Both the position numbers and the translations under genes were made by a program. 64,000 nucleotides of DNA from a virus, in IMG/VR virus record IMGVR_UViG_3300020470_000460, positions 10,411 through 74,410 of that record; one strand, written 5' to 3'. How positions within the stretch are numbered: position 1 is the first letter of the stretch; the number at the start of each line of letters is the position of its first letter. Shown here one piece after another: positions 55,341-64,000 of this stretch. Below the pieces are notes generated by a model. It worked only from the letters and a program-made list of their open reading frames with translations, did no database searches and was not told the DNA's origin.

Positions 55341-55777
55341 CTACCTCTGCCACCCCATTCAATAGAAGGGAATGCTTCTTGCACTGCTGCCTTAGTGATA
55401 CGATATCTCTTGTGCAGTGTCTTGTTAATTGCTTTTACTAGCACCTCTGCCTCACTCTCATGAAGACCTTCAAGTAGTTGGATAAACATACTCTCTACCT
55501 TTAAGGTTTTCAAGTTATCATCACCACCTACAAAGAATCTATAGAGTTTCTTTGCCTCCTTCTCTAGGAGTGTGTGCTCTGTGCCTTTAGGTGCCTCATT
55601 CTTACGATAAGGTACATCCTCACCCAAAGGGACACGAGGTTTAAGACTCTCGTCAAAGTTTATAATAAAGATAGACCTTAATCCAGGAGTATTATTATCC
55701 TGTAGGATCTTGATCTTTTGTGCTTTAGTCTTGGCATTGTGAGCCTTTTGAAGCACTTCAGAAATCATTAATCTCAT
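55337..55777 (-). CDS. Conserved T4-like hypothetical protein
   Basis: E..FIQLLEGLH..EAE, V.EAFP.I.WG. Confidence 0.8.
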   Translation of the reverse strand: MRLMISEVLQKAHNAKTKAQKIKILQDNNTPGLRSIFIINFDESLKPRVPLGEDVPYRKNEAPKGTEHTLLEKEAKKLYRFFVGGDDNLKTLKVESMFIQLLEGLHESEAEVLVKAINKTLHKRYRITKAAVQEAFPSIEWGGRGR

Positions 55778-55780
55778 AAC

Positions 55781-56020
55781 TTACTCATCGTCATCATACA
55801 TTGTATCATCTTCGTCATGAATACGCAAGTAGATCAACTCGCTAGGATCAACAGGACCATTCTCGGTCTGCATCTCAGGATGCATAACGATTGCTGCATA
55901 CTCTGCTGACTCTCTCCATGTATCAAAGATATCTTTCAGGTTCCATGATACCACAAAACCTAATAGGAAACTACCTATTGTAAGGAAGAATGCAATGTAC
56001 ATGAATGACATGTCGGACAT
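55781..56020 (-). CDS. Small membrane protein
   Basis: TM segment, HPEM, acidic tail. Confidence 0.7.
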   Translation of the reverse strand: MSDMSFMYIAFFLTIGSFLLGFVVSWNLKDIFDTWRESAEYAAIVMHPEMQTENGPVDPSELIYLRIHDEDDTMYDDDE

Positions 56021-56045
56021 AAGAACTCTCCCTTACTATTTGATT

Positions 56046-56402
56046 TTATTTAGTAGTCTTCCGTGGTCTTCCTGGTCTACGGTTTTCATAATAAACTTTA
56101 GCATCATCTATCACAGTCTCAAAATACTTTCGTATCTTACGTGCCTGTGGTTTAGGTATATTACTATAGGCTTCAGACATATACTTGTCACGTGCAATAT
56201 ACTGTGACAATTCATCTACTATCTGTGTGATCTCACCCATAGAGGATGAGTCTATTAATTCTTTTGTTTGTTTGCGTGTCCACTTGTTACCAGTTAGATA
56301 CGACTTCATATTAAAGAGGAATCTCCCATTGATCATAGCTTCATCGATTGCTCGATCAATAATAGTATAAAGCTCTTCAGGATTGGGGTCCATGTACGTC
56401 AT
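56046..56402 (-). CDS. Conserved cyanophage hypothetical protein
   Basis: EAY....KP.ARKI motif. Confidence 0.75.
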   Translation of the reverse strand: MTYMDPNPEELYTIIDRAIDEAMINGRFLFNMKSYLTGNKWTRKQTKELIDSSSMGEITQIVDELSQYIARDKYMSEAYSNIPKPQARKIRKYFETVIDDAKVYYENRRPGRPRKTTK

Positions 56403-56650
56403 AGATATGCGTTTTCTCGAAGGTATTTAACAGTTTCAGAGCATCCACCCATTTTATATCCAGCAATGATAACTTGTGGAAAGGTAGCTGACTGTCCGAA
56501 CTCTGTCTTAAACTGCTCTCTAGTAAAGTTAACATCTAATTTGTATTCTGCAAAGCCCCATCCCTTAGACTTGTAAACTTCCTTAATCTTTGTGCAGAAT
56601 CCACACCCTTCTCTGGTGTAGATGGCGGTGTTACCTGGTTGTTTGGCCAT
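56399..56650 (-). CDS. nrdC: Glutaredoxin
   Basis: CGFC, TFPQV, GG. Confidence 0.9.
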   Translation of the reverse strand: MAKQPGNTAIYTREGCGFCTKIKEVYKSKGWGFAEYKLDVNFTREQFKTEFGQSATFPQVIIAGYKMGGCSETVKYLRENAYL

Positions 56651-56668
56651 ATTATTATAGTAGGAAAG

Positions 56669-56695
56669 AAAAAAGGGTCACGTTAGTGACCCTTT
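56669..56695 (-). terminator. Intrinsic terminator
   Basis: AAAGGGTCAC/GTGACCCTTT stem with a T-run. Confidence 0.8.
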
Positions 56696-56719
56696 ATTTA
56701 GTTAGATATTTACCTTCAA

Positions 56720-57106
56720 TTAGAAAGTGAATTTAACACCAACTTTAGCACCCCAGTTGACTTCACTGTTACCAGAGGAGTCTTCGTCAGTGATGCCAGC
56801 AAGCTCACCGTAAAGATCAGTAGCATCAGCGATTGCATAAGATGCACCAACTTTACCAGAGAAGTCTACGTCTGTGCTGTCAGCAGACTCACTGTGTGAG
56901 ATTGCAGGACCACCCTGTACGTAGTAGGCAAGTTTGCCACCATTGGTTCCTTCGTAACCGACGTGTAGATCAGTAACGGCAGAAGAATACTCTCCATCAG
57001 GATAAGAGAGGTTAGATTCAACATTCACGTATGGACCAGCAAAAGCGGCTCCAGCGAGAAGGAATGGTGATGCAGCTACAGCTGCGATTGTTGATTTGAT
57101 AGACAT
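56720..57106 (-). CDS. Outer-membrane beta-barrel-like protein of cyanobacterial type
   Basis: Signal peptide, AGPYVNVE, YVQGGP, terminal F. Confidence 0.8.
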   Translation of the reverse strand: MSIKSTIAAVAASPFLLAGAAFAGPYVNVESNLSYPDGEYSSAVTDLHVGYEGTNGGKLAYYVQGGPAISHSESADSTDVDFSGKVGASYAIADATDLYGELAGITDEDSSGNSEVNWGAKVGVKFTF

Positions 57107-57119
57107 GTTTTTGTTTTAA

Positions 57120-57222
57120 GTATCTCGCAAGAAAAAATCCTGCGGATGATAGGTCCCCTCGACATGGGGATCTTATTCTAACATCGACGCAGGGTTACGA
57201 TCTTTCGAGTCCTGTGTTGTTA
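57120..57222 (-). ncRNA. manA-like cis-regulatory RNA
   Basis: GGACUCGAAAGAUCGUAACCCUGCG...CCCCAUGUCGAGGGG...CGCAGGA...UUGCGAGA; family recognised from memory; TATAAATA at 57231-57238. Confidence 0.65.
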
Positions 57223-57285
57223 TGTTAAGTTATTTATACTATCAGTAATTGCGGGTAACCGTCAAGGGGGGTTGTGACAGTTTGA

Positions 57286-57879
57286 TTACTGGTACACATA
57301 GGATGAGTCTCCTACATCGATCACACCTTTAGGCATGACGTTGAATGCCAGTGAATACCTTTCATACTGAGAATAATTCTTTAATACTCGGTGTCTTACA
57401 TTGCTAGGGAACAATAGTATGGTGCCCTTCTGAGGCACTTCAACATGATCGGTAGCATTGTAATCGTTTTCCATTGAAGGACTCACGTAGACACCGCTAG
57501 GAGGGTTTACAAATTGAATAGGAGCAGAGTCTGCATCATACTCATCGAAGTATACTACAGCACTAAACCAAGAATTGCAATGTGCATGCTCATCTGCTGA
57601 CCCACCACTAAGTGTGGCAGTAAACCAAGAGGTAGTGATCTGTACATCACAATAGTATCCTATCTCACAGATAGCTTGCCTTACCTTGCGAGTAAAGTAG
57701 TCCAGGACTGAGGTCTTATTGTTTAACACATGCTTGTTAACAGTCACAGCACTCAGTCCATCCTCATCTTCCGAGAAGTCATACTCCTGTAGCATATCTG
57801 TGAGAATATCACAGATCTCAGGATTAATTCTCGATTTTGCTAGGGGATGAGGGAATAGGGGGTGAAGATTCCACGTCAT
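57286..57879 (-). CDS. 2OG-Fe(II) oxygenase (TIGR02466-like)
   Basis: LFP.P, HAH.NS, FPS.VRH, RYSLAFN. Confidence 0.88.
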   Translation of the reverse strand: MTWNLHPLFPHPLAKSRINPEICDILTDMLQEYDFSEDEDGLSAVTVNKHVLNNKTSVLDYFTRKVRQAICEIGYYCDVQITTSWFTATLSGGSADEHAHCNSWFSAVVYFDEYDADSAPIQFVNPPSGVYVSPSMENDYNATDHVEVPQKGTILLFPSNVRHRVLKNYSQYERYSLAFNVMPKGVIDVGDSSYVYQ

Positions 57880-58075
57880 TTAATGGTTCCATTCTCAAGA
57901 ATTGTTCATTCAAATTATAAAAGAGTTTAAAGTGGGTAGTGTTAACCCAATAACCTTTTATGTCTGACCCATCGCAGTGGTATCCATACCCTGTTACTGG
58001 TTCGTTTACTCCATCTATTCTAAAGGTCTTATTGCTTCCAATGTAAGACCCATACTTTTCCTCCAGATTAATCAT
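57824..58075 (-). CDS. Conserved cyanophage hypothetical protein
   Basis: 83-aa ORF in operon. Confidence 0.7.
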   Translation of the reverse strand: MINLEEKYGSYIGSNKTFRIDGVNEPVTGYGYHCDGSDIKGYWVNTTHFKLFYNLNEQFLRMEPLNDVESSPPIPSSPSKIEN

Positions 58076-58439
58076 CAGCTTTGTCGGTTTTGGCTAGTTT
58101 AGCACGTAACTCCTGCTCTTGGTCAGGTGTTAACGAACTGTTATTTATGTCGGAATCAACACACTCTTCACGTGGATCAACATATTCGGCCATTGCTTCT
58201 AAATTCTGCTGCAAATCTTCAGGGGGTGTCCAGTTAGGCCCCTTCGGTTTGTAATCGAGACCTTTAATCTCTGCGATAGGACTCCTCCAGTACTTCTGCA
58301 TCTGTTTGAGCATCTTCTTCTTGCCCTTCGGATCATCCTTATACTTTTCTATGACCTTCTTAAGAGTCCTTAACTCTCTTGAAGATTTCTCTAGAGATCT
58401 TTCGGCATTGATCTCTCTACCACTGAATCCTTGTGCCAT
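58068..58439 (-). CDS. Hypothetical protein
   Basis: 123-aa ORF. Confidence 0.7.
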   Translation of the reverse strand: MAQGFSGREINAERSLEKSSRELRTLKKVIEKYKDDPKGKKKMLKQMQKYWRSPIAEIKGLDYKPKGPNWTPPEDLQQNLEAMAEYVDPREECVDSDINNSSLTPDQEQELRAKLAKTDKADD

Positions 58440-58443
58440 AATC

Positions 58444-61400
58444 TTAAGGTGGATCTGTACATTGTGTAAGAGTTATCTTAAATCTAACTCTGAATTTTGC
58501 TTTGTCGGTACCACTATACCATACAACTGAGTCTTTATTGTGTGACTCCATGTAGAAGGCTTCCTTAAGACTCCTCCTTACTAGGTCTTCATTCTCCCAC
58601 CAAGCAAGTTGTTTACCTATTGGGAATGAAAAACCTGCTTCCTGATCAGGATAGTATGGTGTCTGTGAGGGATTCTCACTCGACCTATCTCTCATCGGAG
58701 GCCATGTTAACACAAACTCTGACCCTTTGGTGTATCCTTTACCCTGATCAATGACATCAATGACATGCACCATTGCTTGCCAGTAATGCACCTGCTTAGA
58801 TGAGGTGGTCTGATCAAAGATAACTGGATAGAATGTGATACCTACACGTATCTTAGCAGCATCAGCATAGTTTCCACCACCTGTACCATGATAGTTATCA
58901 AGGATAAAGTCATGTATGAATGTGATAGGAGAGAAGTATGTGTCTCTCTGTGGTGCTTGTGCTGCTCCATCCCATATGTTTGCAACAACAGTCTGGTAAT
59001 GGTTGCCAACAGAGTTAGCACCAACAGTATACCACGGTTTACTACCTCGTGCAAACGTAGTAGGTGCTGACTCACTAAGGATGTCTCTGTATCCTTGTGA
59101 GATATTAGTACCACTCAAGGTTTCAAACCTAGTGAAGAGATAGTCCTCAACAAGGTGATTGTATACTCCTGATAGATTCCTGTAGTTGTAGGACTCTAGA
59201 AGGGTCGCAGAGAAATAGTTTGCTTCTACATCATAGAGATACCCTGTGTCTATGTAACCGCCAGGTAATGTAGGCATCAAACTGTTACCTATAACCCTAC
59301 TCTGTCCTGGTATGTCTGGATTCACTTGAAGTGATCCATGCATAGCGACTGGTATATTATTTGCCCAGACATATGTGTAAGGATCTCCTGGGTCAGGCAC
59401 GTTGTCCTCACTCCATGTCTCAGCAAGTTTACTACCTGCCTCCCACTCAAAGTCTTGTCTGTTAGTAGGATTAAATGAGAATGCAAATCCTTCTATCTCT
59501 CCACCCTCTTTAGTAATTGGGTTAAGTGTTGGGTTACCTGTTTGTTTTGCTATCACACTGTCATGTGACTGGGTGCCTAGCATCATCTTAAATGCACCCT
59601 CAAACATAGTAGTATCAGTTGCATAGAGAGCAGCTTCTAATGCTATGTCACCTGTGACTGCACCTGTATCAATACTTACTACCTCAAAGTTTAATTCATC
59701 TCCTGGTTCTAAAGTAATGTCCTGATTATATAAGTCTCTACCTATTGCAGGCCAATACTGTGCTTCAAACTGCTTCTCCCATATTAATACTGTATTCTTC
59801 TTCATGCGAAGAGTAAACTTCATACATGATCCATAGATACCACCACTGATACCACCCATAGATACAAACCTAAAGGTACCACCTACTGCTGCTTCAATAG
59901 TCTGATTGGTATTTAATTTGACTGAGTATTCACCATTACATGTGCCACACTCCCACTCAACGTCATTACCTACGATGTTAGGGACTTTATTACCGCAGTC
60001 CATACGTCTGATAACTATGTCCTTAAAGCTGGCCTTTAATATTCTAGCATCGCATTTTGTTGAAGGGTCTATCTTTCTCATCACCTTCTCTGGTGCAGCT
60101 CCAGCATACACATAGCATTGGACACCCTCGTACTTGTATCCACCATATGTCCACCCAAGTCTATGCCAGAATCTTAGATCGTCATAGTCATCGTCACCAT
60201 TGATAAGGTCTTCCCAGAATTGATTGTTTTTACCCTGCCACTTGGTCTGATCCTTCTGCATAGGATTCCATGTCCTATCACTGAAGAGACAGTAGTTATT
60301 CTGTGCTGTAGTGATACCTACTGCACTGAAACCACCAGTGTAAGGAGAATTAAGTGGGGTGAATGTTAACTCTTGCATAATGCTGAGTGAATTCTGGCCA
60401 CCACCATTAGGGATCAAGAAAAATCCCATCGTCCCTCCAGCATACTCATTCAGTTTGAGGCTGGTCATCCATGCGTTGTATAGATTGGTACCATTCCTAG
60501 CACTCGTTACAATGACACGTCCATACTTAGGACCAGTATCATCTGCTAGGTAGAAACCAATTGCGTTATCATATCCTGCTGATCCTTTCTCAACATCCAT
60601 TGAGATGTTAAGGTCTGCCTTAGATTCTATAGGTATACGATAGCACCACCTCTTAGGTATCTTCTGAGGGTTACCACCTACTATCTCACCATCAATAGTA
60701 TACTTGTGGTCAAATGGACTCATACTATGGAATCTATGCAGTGCCTCTGCTTGCTCATCAGTATGTAAATAACTATTCATTGCAGCAGCAGTTGGGAATA
60801 CATGTCCTAAGACTTCACCACCTGCCATGCCTGAAGCATTCATGGTTGCTCTCTCACCTGCACCTTTAGTATCAGGCTCACCAGGATTAGTAGTTAAGAA
60901 TGTATCTTGCTTGACTGTTGAATAGAATCTAAACAGTGGGACAGTTACATTTGATATAGGTTGTGCAAGAATATAGAATGCTGGTTTAGCATTAGTTAAA
61001 GTGTATCCTTGCTTGGCACCATTAGGATCGTATGCATGGTCAGCACCTATGTTAGTAGATACAATACTAAAGTTAGCATTACAATCACTACCATGAGTAT
61101 CCTTCATGCATATTCTGGTGTTGTTATCAACAATAGTAAACCCACCAGAGTTACCATTCATAGTAATAGATATGGTACCAGGACCACTGATAGCAAGTGT
61201 CTGAATCTCTTCACCAGATCTACCAGTCCTTGTCCACTGCTTACCTCCCATCTGGATGTTATCAATAGCAACACCATGTGTGTTGGGGTTATCATTCCAC
61301 TGTAGTTTAAGGACTGCAACACCAGTGCCACTACCAGTAGCAATTAGATTACCTGATCCATCAAACGATGTCTGTATAGTGCCACTAGATAATGCTGACT

Positions 61401-62211
61401 CATAGATTGGTATCCTATCTGGGAAACAATTCTCTACACATACCTCAGTTTGGTTACCACTCCACCCATTAGGCCAGTAAGCATCACAGTTTGCCTTGGG
61501 TGGTTGCCATGCACCACCAAGGTAAGGTCTAAACAGACAGTCTAATGCATTCCTAACACAAGTTTTGAATGGGTCACCTGCTAATCCTTTATCAAGATCA
61601 CAATAATATTTCTCACCAGTTTCTATGTGCTCCCACCATCCAGGTGAAGGGAATCCAGGTAAACTATAATCTTTTAATGGTCTGAGTAAATTAAGTTGTA
61701 ATAATTTTCTAACCTGATCGCACTGATCGTCAGGACCAAGAGATACTATCAGAGTAGGTGGTGGTTGAAGTGTCAGTTTCATTGGTGGGAGCCAACCAAA
61801 CTCCTTATACATCCACGGTCCCCAATCAGGTAACTCCCAGTCAATACCAAAGTCAGGTAACTCAGGTGGAGGTGTTAGGTCTGGGATTCCTGGTGGAGTC
61901 TTGTAACATCTGTCAACTATCCTCCTTATAACATCACCAGGTTTAGGATCAGGTGGTACTACAGGTGGTGGTGCTACTGGTATTGGATTCTGCTCATCCA
62001 ATATGTTAGGTAGGTTATATACTGGGACACTATAACATCTACCAACTATATTTCTTATTGCTTCGCCAGGATTGATAGTAGGTACAACATTACCTGACGA
62101 TCCAGCAGTAGGTACATTAGGATTTAACTGGTCTAAAGGATTAGCTGCCAGTATCCCACTGGGTGTTGAGTAACACCTCTCTACTATATCTCTGATGGTC
62201 TCGCCAGCCAT
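58444..62211 (-). CDS. Large multidomain virion-associated protein (DUF4114-like)
   Basis: WED...GD.DYDD motif, Pro-rich repeated N-terminus; CTAAATA late promoter near 62233. Confidence 0.65.
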   Translation of the reverse strand: MAGETIRDIVERCYSTPSGILAANPLDQLNPNVPTAGSSGNVVPTINPGEAIRNIVGRCYSVPVYNLPNILDEQNPIPVAPPPVVPPDPKPGDVIRRIVDRCYKTPPGIPDLTPPPELPDFGIDWELPDWGPWMYKEFGWLPPMKLTLQPPPTLIVSLGPDDQCDQVRKLLQLNLLRPLKDYSLPGFPSPGWWEHIETGEKYYCDLDKGLAGDPFKTCVRNALDCLFRPYLGGAWQPPKANCDAYWPNGWSGNQTEVCVENCFPDRIPIYESALSSGTIQTSFDGSGNLIATGSGTGVAVLKLQWNDNPNTHGVAIDNIQMGGKQWTRTGRSGEEIQTLAISGPGTISITMNGNSGGFTIVDNNTRICMKDTHGSDCNANFSIVSTNIGADHAYDPNGAKQGYTLTNAKPAFYILAQPISNVTVPLFRFYSTVKQDTFLTTNPGEPDTKGAGERATMNASGMAGGEVLGHVFPTAAAMNSYLHTDEQAEALHRFHSMSPFDHKYTIDGEIVGGNPQKIPKRWCYRIPIESKADLNISMDVEKGSAGYDNAIGFYLADDTGPKYGRVIVTSARNGTNLYNAWMTSLKLNEYAGGTMGFFLIPNGGGQNSLSIMQELTFTPLNSPYTGGFSAVGITTAQNNYCLFSDRTWNPMQKDQTKWQGKNNQFWEDLINGDDDYDDLRFWHRLGWTYGGYKYEGVQCYVYAGAAPEKVMRKIDPSTKCDARILKASFKDIVIRRMDCGNKVPNIVGNDVEWECGTCNGEYSVKLNTNQTIEAAVGGTFRFVSMGGISGGIYGSCMKFTLRMKKNTVLIWEKQFEAQYWPAIGRDLYNQDITLEPGDELNFEVVSIDTGAVTGDIALEAALYATDTTMFEGAFKMMLGTQSHDSVIAKQTGNPTLNPITKEGGEIEGFAFSFNPTNRQDFEWEAGSKLAETWSEDNVPDPGDPYTYVWANNIPVAMHGSLQVNPDIPGQSRVIGNSLMPTLPGGYIDTGYLYDVEANYFSATLLESYNYRNLSGVYNHLVEDYLFTRFETLSGTNISQGYRDILSESAPTTFARGSKPWYTVGANSVGNHYQTVVANIWDGAAQAPQRDTYFSPITFIHDFILDNYHGTGGGNYADAAKIRVGITFYPVIFDQTTSSKQVHYWQAMVHVIDVIDQGKGYTKGSEFVLTWPPMRDRSSENPSQTPYYPDQEAGFSFPIGKQLAWWENEDLVRRSLKEAFYMESHNKDSVVWYSGTDKAKFRVRFKITLTQCTDPP

Positions 62212-62324
62212 GTATTACATACACCTACACATTATTTAGTGAGGGTCATAGTGTTTAACTATTGAATATCCTAACGCTAAAGCGATCAATCCAATACAGA
62301 TCAGAGTTAAAAGTAAATGCATAA

Positions 62325-63497
62325 TTACCAATTGTTTCGTAGTAGTGCTTTGAAATCTTGCTGTGTTTCCATGTTGCAATATGTAGCGATGACAGATAGG
62401 AAACTAAAGTAACTGTAATTGTATGCAGTCCCTTGTACCCTGTGTCTCCACCCACCTTTCCTTGCATCCTCTAGTATATTATTCCATGTGTCAGTGGGTT
62501 TCCAAAGACTCTTAGCATAGTCCCAGAAGGGAGTATCATACTTAGATCCATGTGCATAATGATAGAGAAGGAAGTTTGCATTCTCTTTGATGTCTCGTTG
62601 ATTGTCATCAACCATCTCTTGTAGGTTAGCACCTTGCATGATGTAACGCAAGGTTCTTTCTATCCACACCATGTATCCTGTTATACTTGTTGCCTCTAGT
62701 GGTTCAATAAAGAAGTATTTGTTTCCATTCATAAAGATCCTACCATCTAAGACAGGATTCTTTGCCATGTAATTATGGAATGATCTCCAACCAGTTACCT
62801 TTGCTTCACCAAACTGCTCTTGGAAATTCTCTAGTGCCTCATCATCTGATGTGATGTCACTGTTGAAAAGATATCCCATTGATGTCCTACTCTGTAGTGG
62901 GATAACAAAACACCAACCATCTTTAGTGGCAACATTATCAGTGGTGCAATAGACTCTACTATATGGTTCAGTTTCGGCCAATAGTACTCTGTTGAGGGGA
63001 TTTTCCAACTGATCATAGCGTTCAAAGGTCTCACTTGAGCACGTCCTTCCACTGAAGGGTGACCCTCCACAATCATAGATGTAATCAGCATCAATATTAT
63101 ATCCTACCTTCTTAGGGATGCACTTAAAGTATTGTGACATGTCATCACAAAACTTCTTAGGATCAAAGTGCATTGCCACTCTGTTAATACCAAAGTCATG
63201 GAACCAATCCTTACCACCCCATCCACTGTAACTTATACCTGTCTTAACTGTTTGATCCCAGTTAGCATCTCTCCAGTTACAATGTAACAGTGGACCCACT
63301 GAAGACCATGCCTCTGGAGAACTAGTTTCAAACTGTGTAATAAGATCTAATAGATTAGGCCACGACCCTGATCCCACTGGTTCAATGGGTGCATCTGGAT
63401 CATAATAGATTTCGATCTCGGTGTTAGGATAGTGTGCCTTCCATGCCATTGCAGTAAGGATACCTGCCAACCCTTTACCTATAATTGCTACTTTCAT
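62325..63497 (-). CDS. Divergent flavin-dependent halogenase-like protein
   Basis: GKGLAG, PVGSG, TVK.GI, GWCFVIP, FIEPLEATS. Confidence 0.8.
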   Translation of the reverse strand: MKVAIIGKGLAGILTAMAWKAHYPNTEIEIYYDPDAPIEPVGSGSWPNLLDLITQFETSSPEAWSSVGPLLHCNWRDANWDQTVKTGISYSGWGGKDWFHDFGINRVAMHFDPKKFCDDMSQYFKCIPKKVGYNIDADYIYDCGGSPFSGRTCSSETFERYDQLENPLNRVLLAETEPYSRVYCTTDNVATKDGWCFVIPLQSRTSMGYLFNSDITSDDEALENFQEQFGEAKVTGWRSFHNYMAKNPVLDGRIFMNGNKYFFIEPLEATSITGYMVWIERTLRYIMQGANLQEMVDDNQRDIKENANFLLYHYAHGSKYDTPFWDYAKSLWKPTDTWNNILEDARKGGWRHRVQGTAYNYSYFSFLSVIATYCNMETQQDFKALLRNNW

Positions 63498-63499
63498 AT

Positions 63500-63526
63500 A
63501 AAAAAAGAGGGTCGTTAGACCCTCTT
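63500..63526 (-). terminator. psbA terminator
   Basis: AAGAGGGTC/GACCCTCTT stem with a T-run. Confidence 0.85.
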
Positions 63527-63547
63527 ACTATAACATATGTATTTGAT

Positions 63548-64000
63548 TTAGCCAATAGCAGGTGCCAGTAAAGCAACTGTGCTACTCTCAGCAGCAGCAA
63601 GATCAAGTGGGAAGTTGTGAGCATTACGCTCGTGCATTACTTCCATACCTAAGTTTGCTCTGTTAAGAACGTCTGCCCATGTTGGGACAACTTTACCAGA
63701 TGAATCTAAGATTGATTGGTTGAAGTTGAATCCGTTGAGGTTGAATGCCATCGTGGATATACCCATAGAGGTTAACCAGATACACACCACAGGGAAGACT
63801 GCAAGGAAGAAGTGAAGTGATCTACTGTTGTTGAATGATGCATACTGGAAGATTAATCTACCAAAGTATCCATGAGCAGCAACGATGTTGTAGGTCTCTT
63901 CTTCTTGACCAAACTTGTAACCGTAGTTTTGAGACTCATTCTCTGTAGTCTCTCGGATAAGTGAAGATGTAACCAATGAGCCGTGCATAGCACTAAACAG
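63548..64000 (-). CDS. psbA: Photosystem II D1 protein (3' part; runs off the window)
   Basis: [43 protein letters not shown]. Confidence 0.99.
   Translation of the reverse strand: MFSAMHGSLVTSSLIRETTENESQNYGYKFGQEEETYNIVAAHGYFGRLIFQYASFNNSRSLHFFLAVFPVVCIWLTSMGISTMAFNLNGFNFNQSILDSSGKVVPTWADVLNRANLGMEVMHERNAHNFPLDLAAAESSTVALLAPAIG

Noticed and set aside
62255-62467. 70-aa ORF overlapping the halogenase end
   Set aside because: Mostly an out-of-frame overlap with no supporting features.
63548-64000. Intron or homing endonuclease in psbA
   Set aside because: The visible frame is continuous and no endonuclease is adjacent.
1-64000. tRNA/rRNA genes
   Set aside because: No cloverleaf or rRNA signature seen in the intergenic gaps by eye.

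Overview
This is a 64-kb segment of an AT-rich T4-like cyanomyovirus (Kyanoviridae), probably infecting Prochlorococcus; the host is inferred. Almost all genes are on the minus strand. Reading right to left, in the direction of transcription: the psbA 3' end; a flavin-dependent halogenase-like gene; a 1255-aa virion protein; a manA-like RNA leading an outer-membrane protein; glutaredoxin, pyrE, thyX, phoH, an exonuclease, gp33 and gp32 (no gp59 here). Next is the baseplate module (gp53/48/4/2/54/26/51, two tape-measure-like paralogs, gp27-like, gp5), interrupted by CP12, a 2OG oxygenase and cpeT. Then come talC, the tail-fibre genes, three tandem Gly-rich paralogs, and a cluster of two Trp-halogenase-like genes and multiple 2OG-Fe(II)/JmjC oxygenases. 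After that are purC, an MTase-nuclease-MTase cassette, and an early-gene region with palindrome-bearing promoters, an abiF-like hairpin RNA and a DEAH helicase. The left end is gene-poor and carries cyanobacterial DnaA boxes, divergent sigma70 promoters and phased repeats (candidate origin). The best candidates for new biology are (i) a tail-linked halogenase/oxygenase modification system, (ii) an orphan abiF-like antitoxin RNA, (iii) a DnaA-box origin together with the local absence of gp59, and (iv) a phage-borne R-M-like cassette. All family assignments are by eye from motifs and synteny; no searches were run.
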